The position numbers and the translations under genes are program-made. A DNA stretch of 64,000 nucleotides from Epithemia pelagica (taxonomy: Eukaryota; Protista; Bacillariophyta). The notes beneath the pieces were generated by a model. The model had not been told where the DNA came from, ran no database searches, and saw only the letters and a program-made list of their open reading frames with translations. The stretch covers positions 3,224,001 through 3,288,000 of the forward strand of contig OX337238.1 of the NCBI GenBank assembly GCA_946965045.2, written 5' to 3'. Below are positions 30,963 through 41,500 of the stretch, piece after piece; the stretch's first letter is position 1; every line of letters starts with the position of its first letter.

Positions 30963-33900
30963 ATGGATCCTCAATCACCCAAGACACCTACGACTCCTAA
31001 GGGAGAAGATAACCAAGACAATGTCTCGGACACAGACCTATTCGACCACATCATATTTACTGTCTGCCAATTTTTTACCAAAGAAAGGGCTGACTACTTA
31101 ATGAAGTGGATGAAATACCATGGTTTTGAGAACATTACCCATGTTATCTCGTATATGCAAACTAATACCGAGGAATCCATGAAGGAACTGACACAATACA
31201 AGGTCAACAAACAGACACATGATCTACAAGGCCCCACAAGACAGCAGATCAAGCTCTTGGCTTATTGGGCCACATACAAGACCAATGAAATTCAAGACGA
31301 GCTATCCAATAGCGACTGGATGAACCTAACGAGGAAAGAGTTCAACACTTGGAGGATCAACACAGATTTCTCTAAGGGACCACCTAGCCAAGTCCCAGTC
31401 TCGCCAATGAAGTCACCGTCATCTGTGAAATCTGTCAGCACAGTTACTGCCGCATCCCAATCTCAACAAGACCTTACAGCATTCAAAAAGGGAACTAAGC
31501 GCGACGCAACTGCATATGAGGTATTCAAGGATGAACGATACTACGATTCATTCTGGCGTGTATTCAAGACTACAGCTAAGGCTCAAGGCCTATCCAACGT
31601 TCTGAATTTCAAATACACACCACCCCATGATGATGAGTATGCCGAAGAACTTTTTCAAGAGCAACAAGTATTTCTTTACTCCGTTCTTGTCCGTATCATT
31701 CAGACTGACCAAGGTCGAGCCTATGTACGTGAACATGAACATGATGAAGATGCGCGTGCCGTATTGCAGAAGTTACACTCTTTGCATACCGAATCCGACC
31801 TAGCAAAGCGAGAAGTCCTCCGCTTAACCAACTACATTTCCAATCTACGTCTTGACGACACATGGCGCGGAACAACACGTCAATTTCTTCTACACTTTCA
31901 AGAGCAGCTACGTTTGCTAGACAATTTAGTGACATTGTCTGATCGCATCCCTGATCATACCAGGATGACCTTCCTCATGCAAGCTGTAGAAAAGGTACCT
32001 GATCTCCGCCGAGTCAAGATCTTGGATAATGTGGTGAACACCAAATCCGGTGCAAAATCCCTTTGCTATCAATCATACTTCCGTCTCCTTCTAGACGCAG
32101 CTTATGACCATGATCAAGCAACCCAGTCATCTGTTCATAGTCGCCGTCGACATGTCAAACAACATGAATCACTATATGGCCAAGATACAGATGCTGACAT
32201 AACCTCACAAGATGATATGGAGTATCATGTCCACAACACCAAAGCGACATCTGAATCTCCATCCTCTTCGTCCAAGGTTAGTCTACCGCGTGACCTATGG
32301 TTCAAACTTTCTGAAGAAGATCGCAAGTTGATCATTGAATATAACAAGATGATTCAAGCACCTTCATCAACAACACCGAGGACAGTGCAAACACATGCCC
32401 TCGACATTGATCCGGAACCTGATCCTGATCCCAACCAAGTTGTATCTGATGACGACTCACCTGGCGTAGTCACTGAGCATTCAGATGATTCAGATCCGGT
32501 TACACAATTTATCAACCAAGCCATGACGACTGATATCAATCACCCGGCAACTGACCTGACTAGTGTTCTTTCTAACGCCAAGTCCAAGACGAGCAAGAAG
32601 GTTACTTTCAAAGCCAACATGCATAAACAAGCAGGACATGTTCCACGCTATCTGTTTTCCAGGAAATCTACTTTACCAGGGAATCAATTGATTGACCGTG
32701 GTGCTAATGGAGGACTTGCTGGTTCTGACATGCGCATCCTTTCTAAGACTGGCCGCCATATCACTATTGTGGGTATTGATAACCATGAACTTACTGGACT
32801 TCCTGTCGTCACATGTGCCGCAAAGTTTGAGACCAATGATGGACCTATTGTCGGCATCTTCAATGAATATGCTTATTATGGGAAGGGCTTATCTATCCAT
32901 GCTCCTGGTCAATTCGAGCATTTCGGACTTGCTGTTGATGAACGATCTGTTAAAGTTGATGGTAAACAACGCATCACTACACTTGATGGTCGTGCCATAC
33001 CCCTTCACATCAAGGATGGGTTAGCCTACATCCACTCCTTGGGTATCCCCAGCGACGATGACATGGATACCTTACCTCAGATCATCTTCACGTCACCCGA
33101 CACATGGGATCCTGGTGTTCTGGACCATTCGTATTCTCCCACACCCTCTGACAATGATCCTGATTGGAAACACGTCAAGACTGATGGTAGTATGTCGAAC
33201 CATCCATATGACAACTATGGGGAGTACACTGATCGTGTTGTTTGTAACCTCAATCTCCTTTTGGATCTCCCATACGATCATGGACCTGACGACGCACCCT
33301 TCTTTTCTATCTATGCTGACGCAGAGGGTAATGATCCTACACTTCATGCCTCTGTCCACCGTCGTTACCAGGAAGCGTATGACTGGAAGAAGTTCCGTCC
33401 ATTCTTTGGTTGGCAATCTGAAGATGTTATTGCCGATACGTTCAAGCACACTACACGTAATGGTAGCATTACTTTTGACCACGACACCCTCAAGAAACAT
33501 TTCAAGGCTCGCAATCCGGTCCTTAATATACCTCGACGCCATGAACCCGTTGCTACTGACTCGGTTTTCTCCGACACCCCTGCTGTTGACCATGGCGGTA
33601 AAGTCGCACAAATCTTTGTTGGTCGAGATACTCTGGTTACTGATATCTATGGGATCAAGTCAACCAAACAGTTTGTCAATACTCTTCAGGACAACATCCG
33701 GTTTCGTGGTGCCATGGAGACTCTTATCAGTGATGGTGGTTCATCTCTCATCTCTCAAAAGGTTAAAGACATTCTTCGCACTTTGCTTATTGGGGAGTAT
33801 CGATCCGAACCTTATCATCAACACCAGAATAAGGCTGAAAACCGTTACCAGACCGTTAAACGTATGACCAACGCTCTCATGAATGCCACTGGTTGCCCTG

Positions 33901-36650
33901 CCAACACCTGGCTTCTTTGCCTTGAGTATGTCTGTGACTTATTGAACCATACGTCATCACCCACCCACTCCGGTCGCACTCCTCTTGAGGCTCTCTCCGG
34001 ACGCCCACCCGACATTACTCATCTCTTGTTCTTTCCTTTCTGGGATGAGGTTTACTATCGTGTCGACCCCGCTGAACCCAATTCCGGTTCATATCCATCT
34101 TCTTCTGATGAGAAACTTGGCCACTGGGTTGGTTTTGCTCACAACGTTGGTGATTCTTTTACTTGGAAGATTCTCACCCAGGATAACCAGATCATCTACC
34201 GTTCTGCCGTTCGCCGTGTTGCATCCACTACACCTAACCTACGTGTGGATCGACCTTCAGGGGAGGATTCGTCTGACAAGGATGACAATGATAAGCAAGC
34301 TGACACTGTCTTCATTCGCAGTGATAGTGAAGATCCATCCAAACCAATGCCCACGATCGATTTTGACGACATGATAGGACGCACATTCCTATGCGACACA
34401 GAAGAAAATGGGGAGCGACACCGTGCACGTGTCATCAAACGAGTCATTGATCTTAATGAAGAAGCAACGAAACAGGAAGAACGTGTCAAGTATATCTACC
34501 GAAAGACAAATTCTGATGTTGATGAGATGATATCCTATAATCAACTCATGGAGTATATCGAACGAGATAACCAAGCTCAAACCTCTGGAGATAATCTTTT
34601 CAGGTTCAGGGACGTCATTGCCCATCAAGGCCCACTGAACACAACTGATCCAGATTACAAGGGGAGCAAATATAATTTGCTTGTTGATTGGGAAACTGGG
34701 GAGACTACCTATGAACCTTTATCACTCATCGCCAATGATGATCCGATCACTGTAGCAATTTATGGAAAGAAACATGATTTACTCAACGAACCTGGATGGA
34801 AGCATTTGAAACGTTATGTCAAAACAAGCAAACGTCTCATTCGAGCAGCCAAACAGTCAAGGATTAAACAAGTTCACCATTCCGTCAAGTATAAGTTTGG
34901 ATTCCAAGTACCACGCAATTATGAGGAAGCTGTCACTCTTGATAAACAACATGGCAACACAAAGTGGCAAGATGCAACAGAATTAGAATTGTCACAGATC
35001 CAGTCCTACAAGACATTCAAGGATTTTGGGAAAGCCATCTTCATTAAAGGGAAAGTATCCAATGCACCTGAAGGATATCATAAGATACGTGTACATCTTG
35101 TCTTTGACGTAAAACATGATGGACGACATAAAGCAAGACTTGTCGCAGATGGACATCTCACAAAAGAACCTGTTGAGACAATCTATTCAGGTGTTGTTTC
35201 CATTCGCAACCTCCGCATTGCCTTATTCCTGGGTACTTTGAATGACTTGGAAATATGGGGAGCAGATATTGGAAACGCATATCTGGAAGCCTTGACAGGG
35301 GAGAAACTTTTCATTGTCGCAGGACCTGAATTCAAGGAATTAGAAGGTCACATCCTGATTATATACAAGGCACTTTATGGATTGAAGTCATCAGGCGCAC
35401 GCTGGCATGATGTCTTATTCGATGTTTTGACAGACATGGGATTTTCACCAAGCAAAGCAGATCCGGATATCTGGATGAGGAAGGCACCTGGAGAGGACTG
35501 TTACGAATACATTACCGTATACGTTGATGACTTAGCCATTATTTCTACTGATCCTGGGAATATCTGCAAGATCCTGAAGGAGAAATACAACTTCAAACTC
35601 AAAGGAGATGGACCTATTGATTTCCACTTGGGATGTTGTTACACCAAGGATTCTGATGGAACATTAGTAGCAGATCCAAGACGCTACATTGGTAAGATGA
35701 TGGACACTTTCGAACGAATCTTCAAGGAGAAACCCAAGAAAGCCAAAACACCTCTTATTGGTGGAGACCATCCTGAATTGGACGATTCTGAGCTCCTTGA
35801 TGAAGAAGGTACTAACCATTTCCAAACTCTGATTGGACAACTTCAATGGGTGATCACTATTGGTCGTTTCGACGTCTTCACCGCTACAATGACGCTATCA
35901 CGCTTTCGTGCTGCTCCGAGGAAAGGACATCTTGATAGAGCCAAGCGTATCTATGGATACCTTGCACATCTCCCAGAAGGCGCAATCAGATTTAGGATTG
36001 GAGAGCCTGATTATTCAAGTCTTCCTACCCAAGAATTTGATTGGACTCGCACTGTCTATTCGAATGCAAGTGAACGTATTCCTGAAGACTGCCCAACACC
36101 TCTTGGCCGCTATGTTACTACAACTCATTATGTTGATGCCAATCTCATGCATGACATAGTCACTGGTAAATCCGTCACTGCTGTTCTACATTTGTTGAAC
36201 GGAACACCTATTGACTGGTACAGCAAGAGACAGAGCACAGTGGAAACTGCTACCTATGGATCCGAGTTCGTGGCTGCAAGGACAGCAATAGATCAGATTA
36301 CAGAATTACGACATTCTCTCCGCTACCTTGGAGTACCTATCCGAGAGCGAAGTTACATGTACGGAGATAACAGATCTGTTGTGCTCAATGCAACCGTTCC
36401 TCATTCCATACTATCCAAGAGACACCATCTTCTGTCATACCACCGAGTTCGTGAAGCCATCGCAGCAAAGTATGTTGCATTCTACTGGAAAGATGGAAAG
36501 ACCAACCCCGCCGATATCCTTAGCAAACATTGGGATTTCGTATCTATCTGGCCCATGCTCAAGCCATTGTTGTTTTGGAAAGGAGAAGTTCAAGACCTCA
36601 ACAAATCCAATGATGACAAGGCTGAAACGACGAGTTGTGGGGAGTGTTAG
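30963..36650 (+). CDS. Gag-Pol polyprotein of C2a (1895 aa)
   Basis: Gag (AFKKGTKRD), protease LIDRGANGG, integrase (VATDSVF, LISDGG, QNKAEN), chromo-like LLVDWETGETTYEPL, RT (DIGNAYL, YVDD) and RNase H (YVDANL, SEF, YGDN, NPADILSK). The stop TAG lies in the first 6 nt of the 3' LTR. Confidence 0.97.
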   Translation: MDPQSPKTPTTPKGEDNQDNVSDTDLFDHIIFTVCQFFTKERADYLMKWMKYHGFENITHVISYMQTNTEESMKELTQYKVNKQTHDLQGPTRQQIKLLAYWATYKTNEIQDELSNSDWMNLTRKEFNTWRINTDFSKGPPSQVPVSPMKSPSSVKSVSTVTAASQSQQDLTAFKKGTKRDATAYEVFKDERYYDSFWRVFKTTAKAQGLSNVLNFKYTPPHDDEYAEELFQEQQVFLYSVLVRIIQTDQGRAYVREHEHDEDARAVLQKLHSLHTESDLAKREVLRLTNYISNLRLDDTWRGTTRQFLLHFQEQLRLLDNLVTLSDRIPDHTRMTFLMQAVEKVPDLRRVKILDNVVNTKSGAKSLCYQSYFRLLLDAAYDHDQATQSSVHSRRRHVKQHESLYGQDTDADITSQDDMEYHVHNTKATSESPSSSSKVSLPRDLWFKLSEEDRKLIIEYNKMIQAPSSTTPRTVQTHALDIDPEPDPDPNQVVSDDDSPGVVTEHSDDSDPVTQFINQAMTTDINHPATDLTSVLSNAKSKTSKKVTFKANMHKQAGHVPRYLFSRKSTLPGNQLIDRGANGGLAGSDMRILSKTGRHITIVGIDNHELTGLPVVTCAAKFETNDGPIVGIFNEYAYYGKGLSIHAPGQFEHFGLAVDERSVKVDGKQRITTLDGRAIPLHIKDGLAYIHSLGIPSDDDMDTLPQIIFTSPDTWDPGVLDHSYSPTPSDNDPDWKHVKTDGSMSNHPYDNYGEYTDRVVCNLNLLLDLPYDHGPDDAPFFSIYADAEGNDPTLHASVHRRYQEAYDWKKFRPFFGWQSEDVIADTFKHTTRNGSITFDHDTLKKHFKARNPVLNIPRRHEPVATDSVFSDTPAVDHGGKVAQIFVGRDTLVTDIYGIKSTKQFVNTLQDNIRFRGAMETLISDGGSSLISQKVKDILRTLLIGEYRSEPYHQHQNKAENRYQTVKRMTNALMNATGCPANTWLLCLEYVCDLLNHTSSPTHSGRTPLEALSGRPPDITHLLFFPFWDEVYYRVDPAEPNSGSYPSSSDEKLGHWVGFAHNVGDSFTWKILTQDNQIIYRSAVRRVASTTPNLRVDRPSGEDSSDKDDNDKQADTVFIRSDSEDPSKPMPTIDFDDMIGRTFLCDTEENGERHRARVIKRVIDLNEEATKQEERVKYIYRKTNSDVDEMISYNQLMEYIERDNQAQTSGDNLFRFRDVIAHQGPLNTTDPDYKGSKYNLLVDWETGETTYEPLSLIANDDPITVAIYGKKHDLLNEPGWKHLKRYVKTSKRLIRAAKQSRIKQVHHSVKYKFGFQVPRNYEEAVTLDKQHGNTKWQDATELELSQIQSYKTFKDFGKAIFIKGKVSNAPEGYHKIRVHLVFDVKHDGRHKARLVADGHLTKEPVETIYSGVVSIRNLRIALFLGTLNDLEIWGADIGNAYLEALTGEKLFIVAGPEFKELEGHILIIYKALYGLKSSGARWHDVLFDVLTDMGFSPSKADPDIWMRKAPGEDCYEYITVYVDDLAIISTDPGNICKILKEKYNFKLKGDGPIDFHLGCCYTKDSDGTLVADPRRYIGKMMDTFERIFKEKPKKAKTPLIGGDHPELDDSELLDEEGTNHFQTLIGQLQWVITIGRFDVFTATMTLSRFRAAPRKGHLDRAKRIYGYLAHLPEGAIRFRIGEPDYSSLPTQEFDWTRTVYSNASERIPEDCPTPLGRYVTTTHYVDANLMHDIVTGKSVTAVLHLLNGTPIDWYSKRQSTVETATYGSEFVAARTAIDQITELRHSLRYLGVPIRERSYMYGDNRSVVLNATVPHSILSKRHHLLSYHRVREAIAAKYVAFYWKDGKTNPADILSKHWDFVSIWPMLKPLLFWKGEVQDLNKSNDDKAETTSCGEC

Positions 36651-37427
36651 AATTCTCACCGTCTATGGTGGTTAGATTCTACATCTCATCGATTCCCCAT
36701 GTCACATAGCCTCGTGCTATCGCATCATGCCCTCTAGCTTCGAGCTATGTTTCCTAGCTTCGCGCTATATCGACCTATATTTCTTCGCAAATCATGAAAA
36801 GTGAGAATAGATTGACGAACTCACTCTCAAGACTAAATTGGGTCGTGCGGTATTACAACGGACGTAAATTTGGCCGTTGCTCAGACACTGTACTAACGCC
36901 CTAAGCGTACGCGCCCGAAATCATCGAGCGCGCCCAAGCGACATCCGAGCGCTATCGGCATCTATCCGATCCAACGGTCTAAGTATCCCAAGCACGACAC
37001 ACGATCACGCGAGACCATATTTCCATTCCCACAATCTCCAAATTGTCAACAAGCTGCGCGCCATGAAAACAACTATGCCAACCCAAAGCAAGAGCTGTTG
37101 ACCCTGTATATGTTATCCGCCCACATATACATGTCATATACATCACATGAATCAACTCCAACTATTCCAAACCTGTTGCCGCCAAGAACCTATGATACAT
37201 GACCCTTGGCAGGACCGAACATTTCACGTAGACCTATCGTAGTAATCAACACACAATCTAACAATATCACCATTTATCACATCCTCTTTTGTGTCCCGAC
37301 TATCCTTCTGATAGACTTCGACTTGCTTGCTTCTCTGACCCTGAGAAGCTTGTATCGGTTGGTGACCTACCTGATTGTCTGCTCTACCGAGCATCAATGT
37401 CCCTACGATTCAGAAAGAATTGTAACA
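36645..37427 (+). repeat. 3' LTR of C2a
   Basis: 783-bp direct repeat of 29044-29826. Confidence 0.95.
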
Positions 37428-38540
37428 TTGTTGTCGCGCACCTCCGGCACACAAAACTCTATGTTGCGCATGTACGCCTTAAGTGACGACAGGTTACGCT
37501 TCTTCTCTAAACAGTTTTCAGCGATCGTCTTGGCCAGCGCGTAAACCATCTTCGGACAGGAAATCGAGGTGTCCGGCGCGACTTCCTTGTACTTGTCGAG
37601 TACCGATCGCATGAATACATAGTCCGCCGACCCAACTGAAGACACGACTTTATTATTGATCAGTGATGTCGTGCGCGCAACACAGTTCTTTCTTCCTCCC
37701 CGTTTACTTGAAAGCTCGATATCCGCCGATGTTATGGTTGTGGCTTCGTTTGAAGCCTCACATACTGTTTTGTTGTTGAGTTGGAAGAAGAGGTTGAATT
37801 CCTCTTGGCTCATGATGATGGGCTTGAAGGTCACCTCCCTTGTTGCCTCCTTCTTCAGCCTTTCTTCCTCTCTCAATGCTTCCACCAGATGATCAGGGAT
37901 GCCCTTGGTCTTTGAGTTCTTCGTGCAAAACTCGTGATGAGATCGTTTGGGGGGCTTGATACCCAGACGCTTGGCAGAACAGATTCTGCAGTCCCTGTCT
38001 TCCTCAAATGCCTTCTTCTTCTCCAGGGTGAGTTGGTTCAGTCTTCTTGCTTCCTTCTTCTTCTTTGTTGACTTTGTTTGGTGTTGTGCTAACGATTTCG
38101 CCCGTTTTGTTTGGTTGTTTCGTCGTTGGCTTTGGCAACCCATGCCCTCCTGGTCACTGGGTTTCCTTTTGTATGGGTTGTGCAGCACCACCCTTGGTGC
38201 TGGAGGTGGTGGAGAGTCATCCTCCTTGCCAGTCATCGTCTCTCTGTCCATTGTCCTTCCAGAAACATGGACACCATTGTCCATGTCCTGGGCCACGGTA
38301 ACCGCGACCGGTCTCATTGGCATGGAATCGTGTTGGAGCGGAACTCCTCGTCGTTTTCATCTTTTTCGTGGGGAAGTCGGCAGGATTCCGTGGCTTTTTG
38401 CGCGTGGCGCGCGATGTCTACAGGTAAGAGAAGACATGTCTGGTCTGATTTTTCGTTAAGTATTTTGCTGTCTTGTCTATGTCTTGTGAAATTTCTAACC
38501 CAATCATGTATCTGCCATGTATTTCTGAGGCCCCTTTTAC

Positions 38541-41500
38541 GAAAATATAGGGGGATCTGGCAGTAGAAGAGGGGAAAAAAGAAGGAGAAAAAAAGAAGAA
38601 GAAAAGGAAAAAAGAAAAAGAAGGAAGAAATTATGGTAAGATTCCCTTCGTCGAGAACGTGCGATTGCCGCTATCAGAATGTGATCTAATTGGCTGTTGT
38701 CTTTGTCACTGTTTCTGCCCCTGTGTGCAATGTGTGGTGAGTGCGTGGTGGACCACGAAGCAGGAAGGAGGGGATTTGGCAGATCCCCACTACCACAGTA
38801 CGTATGAGTCCACGGTAAGTGCCTGAAGCGACTGTCTTTTGCTTAAGGTAAACAGTGTCATACTCACATATGCCCGATTGCTTCTCCAGCGAAGATATTA
38901 GCATTCACCACAAAAGAGTGCGTAGAAGTGTCGTACCACTGGTACAAGGTAAGCCTAGCTACGGCAGGATTTCGGAAGTGGTTGCTCATTTTCCTCTAGC
39001 TCATTATTTCTTGGACGATGGTTTTCTCACTGCTGTTGTTGTTCGTATCGTTAATGCTTATTTTGCTATTTCTTGCGTGTACAGCACCATGGTACGTTGT
39101 CCCAGCCAGGTGCACTGATATTCCATTGATCGAATTGGTTGTTCTAACATTTTTCTTTTTTAAAATGGTGGTCGGTTACTCTGATGGTTTCGGCATGATT
39201 TGTCGTGTGGTGGAATGCCTCTACGGTTTTCCCGATTCCAATATTGGATGTTGCGAATGCAACAGTTCTGTATTGGCTGCATTTGAGCCGGGGCAACAGG
39301 CGGTTGATGTGGCTGATGAAGATTCCCAACGGCCGGGCACATGATCGTCGAGAGAAAAGCTGCTTGTTGCAAGAGCTGCTGTTGTACCTGGTAAATATTG
39401 GGCATCGATGATGGTGCCAACGGTGGTTGTTGTTGTTGTGGTGGTGGCGGTGGTGGTGGAAGACTGGGCTGCTCCCTCATTGTTGGCTGTTGCTGGTTTG
39501 TGGTAACTCGTGTTGTCGTTGTGCTTGTTGCGTTGATTTGGTTCTGTTTGACAGGCCGAGTCACTTGGATTGGTTCTTGTTCTTGAGCACTTGCCTCACA
39601 CTCTTGCATCTCGCTGTCTTCTTCTTTTTCCTCCTCCTCTTCTTCTGGTTCTTTATCGTCTTCCATGTCCTGGTCGCTACCACTGTCCGAGTCTTCGCGG
39701 TTCGATATTTCGTCGTCGTCGTCGTCACATTCGAGCATTGTCTCATTGTTTGTTGCGTCCTCTGTTGGTTCATTGCATTCGTTGCAGGGGCAGTGGTCAT
39801 TGCTGAGGAATGCCACTGGCCATGTTTGTTGGATCTGTTTTTGTATCGGCAGGTATTCGGAGAAGAATCGTTCTCCATTGTCAGGAGGTAAGTCTTCGAC
39901 CCAATCAAATGGTTTGCTCGCTCCACAACGAACTGCCAGTTTGTTGATGAAGGCAAGCTCCTGGTGATTGAAGTGACTAACGACACTTTCCCATGCTGCA
40001 GGCATTTTCGTGTTCCTCTCCTCCATTGAAGCCGAGGCTAAACGGATTTTGAGCCGGATTTGTTTGTTATATCGTGCCGTTCCACAGAGGTTGATGACAT
40101 CACTGAGATCCTCGTGCATTCCTCCATTTGCAAAGTGTGCGAGATTGTCATGCCATGATTCGAGCTTCGACTCGCCCCGGTAAGAAATCCACTCGCTGAG
40201 CCCATGTTTTGAATTTGGACCTGGCTTGATCTCACGATACATTTCACTTACAGGGAGTGGGTCCGAGAGATATTCTGCCTTTTTCTTGCAGTTCTCAATG
40301 GCAAGGTGAGTGTCCATTGTAAACAGTGTTTGTTGCGTCCTTGGGTCGACTCGTCCTCTTGCTGCTCCAGATCCCTCTGACGCAGTTACCTTGTACTTGC
40401 ATTTCCATTCTTCAAGCTTGGTGATGATTGTTTCCTTCCGCCTGATTCTTTTCCGTAAGTGCTTGCCGTATCGTGTCCGAAACTGCTTTGTCTGTCGCAT
40501 TTCAACAATCTCTTTGTCAGACAGTTTCTCACCTGTACTTGACATTGTGCCATCTTTCAGAGCCGTCACAAGTTTGTTGAAGTCGCGATCATCATAGTCG
40601 TACAATGCATCCAACAAATCTCTTATTGCGTGTCCGAAGTCGATATGGTTCTTTCGTAGTGTCTTGACGATCCTCTGAATGAAATGGAAGAGTCCTAATC
40701 TTCCCTTGAGCTTCCTTCCATTCTTGTCACGCAACAATTCCTCCCAGAAGCTTTGCTTATGGGGCCAGGTGTCGGAATACATGATTGAGGGTTTAAAATT
40801 TGGTCGCTTGGTGAGTTGAATTAATGCATGGGCGAAGTGTTTTGTCTCCGTGCTTCTAACCAGAATAGCCAATGCTACCTCGCCATGTTCATTGCAGATA
40901 TCCCACAGTGCTTCAGCTTGCAGTCTCTTTGGGTAGTTCTTTACCACCTGGTGAGTGTGATCTTGTGCGAAGCATATCTGACACTGTACCGCTTGTATTT
41001 CGCGTGTGTGTCGCTCCTTATCACTTGTTCGCCACGGATTCCACGTAGACATTGAGGCTTCAAGGTATGCCTTCCGAATTGTCTCGCCCAATGGTGGAAA
41101 CCGTGTCAGCCATTCGCCATCCTTCTTCGGGTAGTCCTGAGCCTTTTGGTGCGTCGAATCACAGAAAGACAGGTAGCTTGTAAGTCTCTTCCTGTAATCT
41201 CGGTTGATTGCACTATATAACCACCGACTACATAGATCTCCATTCCCATGGGTAATCAGTAGTTCCTCAAAAACAGTTGTAGCAGTGAGGTCTAGATGTT
41301 GAGCACCTCTAGCCCACTTGGCCTCGACCGGGTACCATTTTTGAAAATGTGAGGGCAGCATATTGATCAGCGCCCCATCATTACCGGCGTGCGTGACCTT
41401 GCATTCCGGGCAGTAGTAGTTGGTGACCAGGGCGTAGTGGGGAGCACCACCAAGATTAAAAATCGGAAATAGGCTCTTGGTCTTGGAAAGGTTGGTCCTG

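Larger units (their letters stand above)
29044..37427 (+). mobile_element. Full-length Ty1/Copia element C2a (CoDi-like), 8384 bp, with an additional 5' ORF
   Basis: 783-bp TG...CA LTRs at 29044-29826 and 36645-37427; 5-bp TSD TTGTT (29039-29043 and 37428-37432), confirmed against the empty site in unit 2; PPT-like GTGGGGAG. Confidence 0.97.
26570..38323 (-). pseudogene. Transposase gene of unit 1, split by C2a and frameshifted near 27415
   Basis: 5' part 38323-37433 and 3' part 29043-26570. Reads ggcatttcgt where the other units have ggcattttcgt. Confidence 0.85.
25951..38540 (-). mobile_element. Putative DNA transposon, unit 1, interrupted by Copia C2a
   Basis: Same sequence as unit 2 apart from the insertion at 29044-37427, a 1-bp deletion near 27415 and two SNPs. 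Confidence 0.85.
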
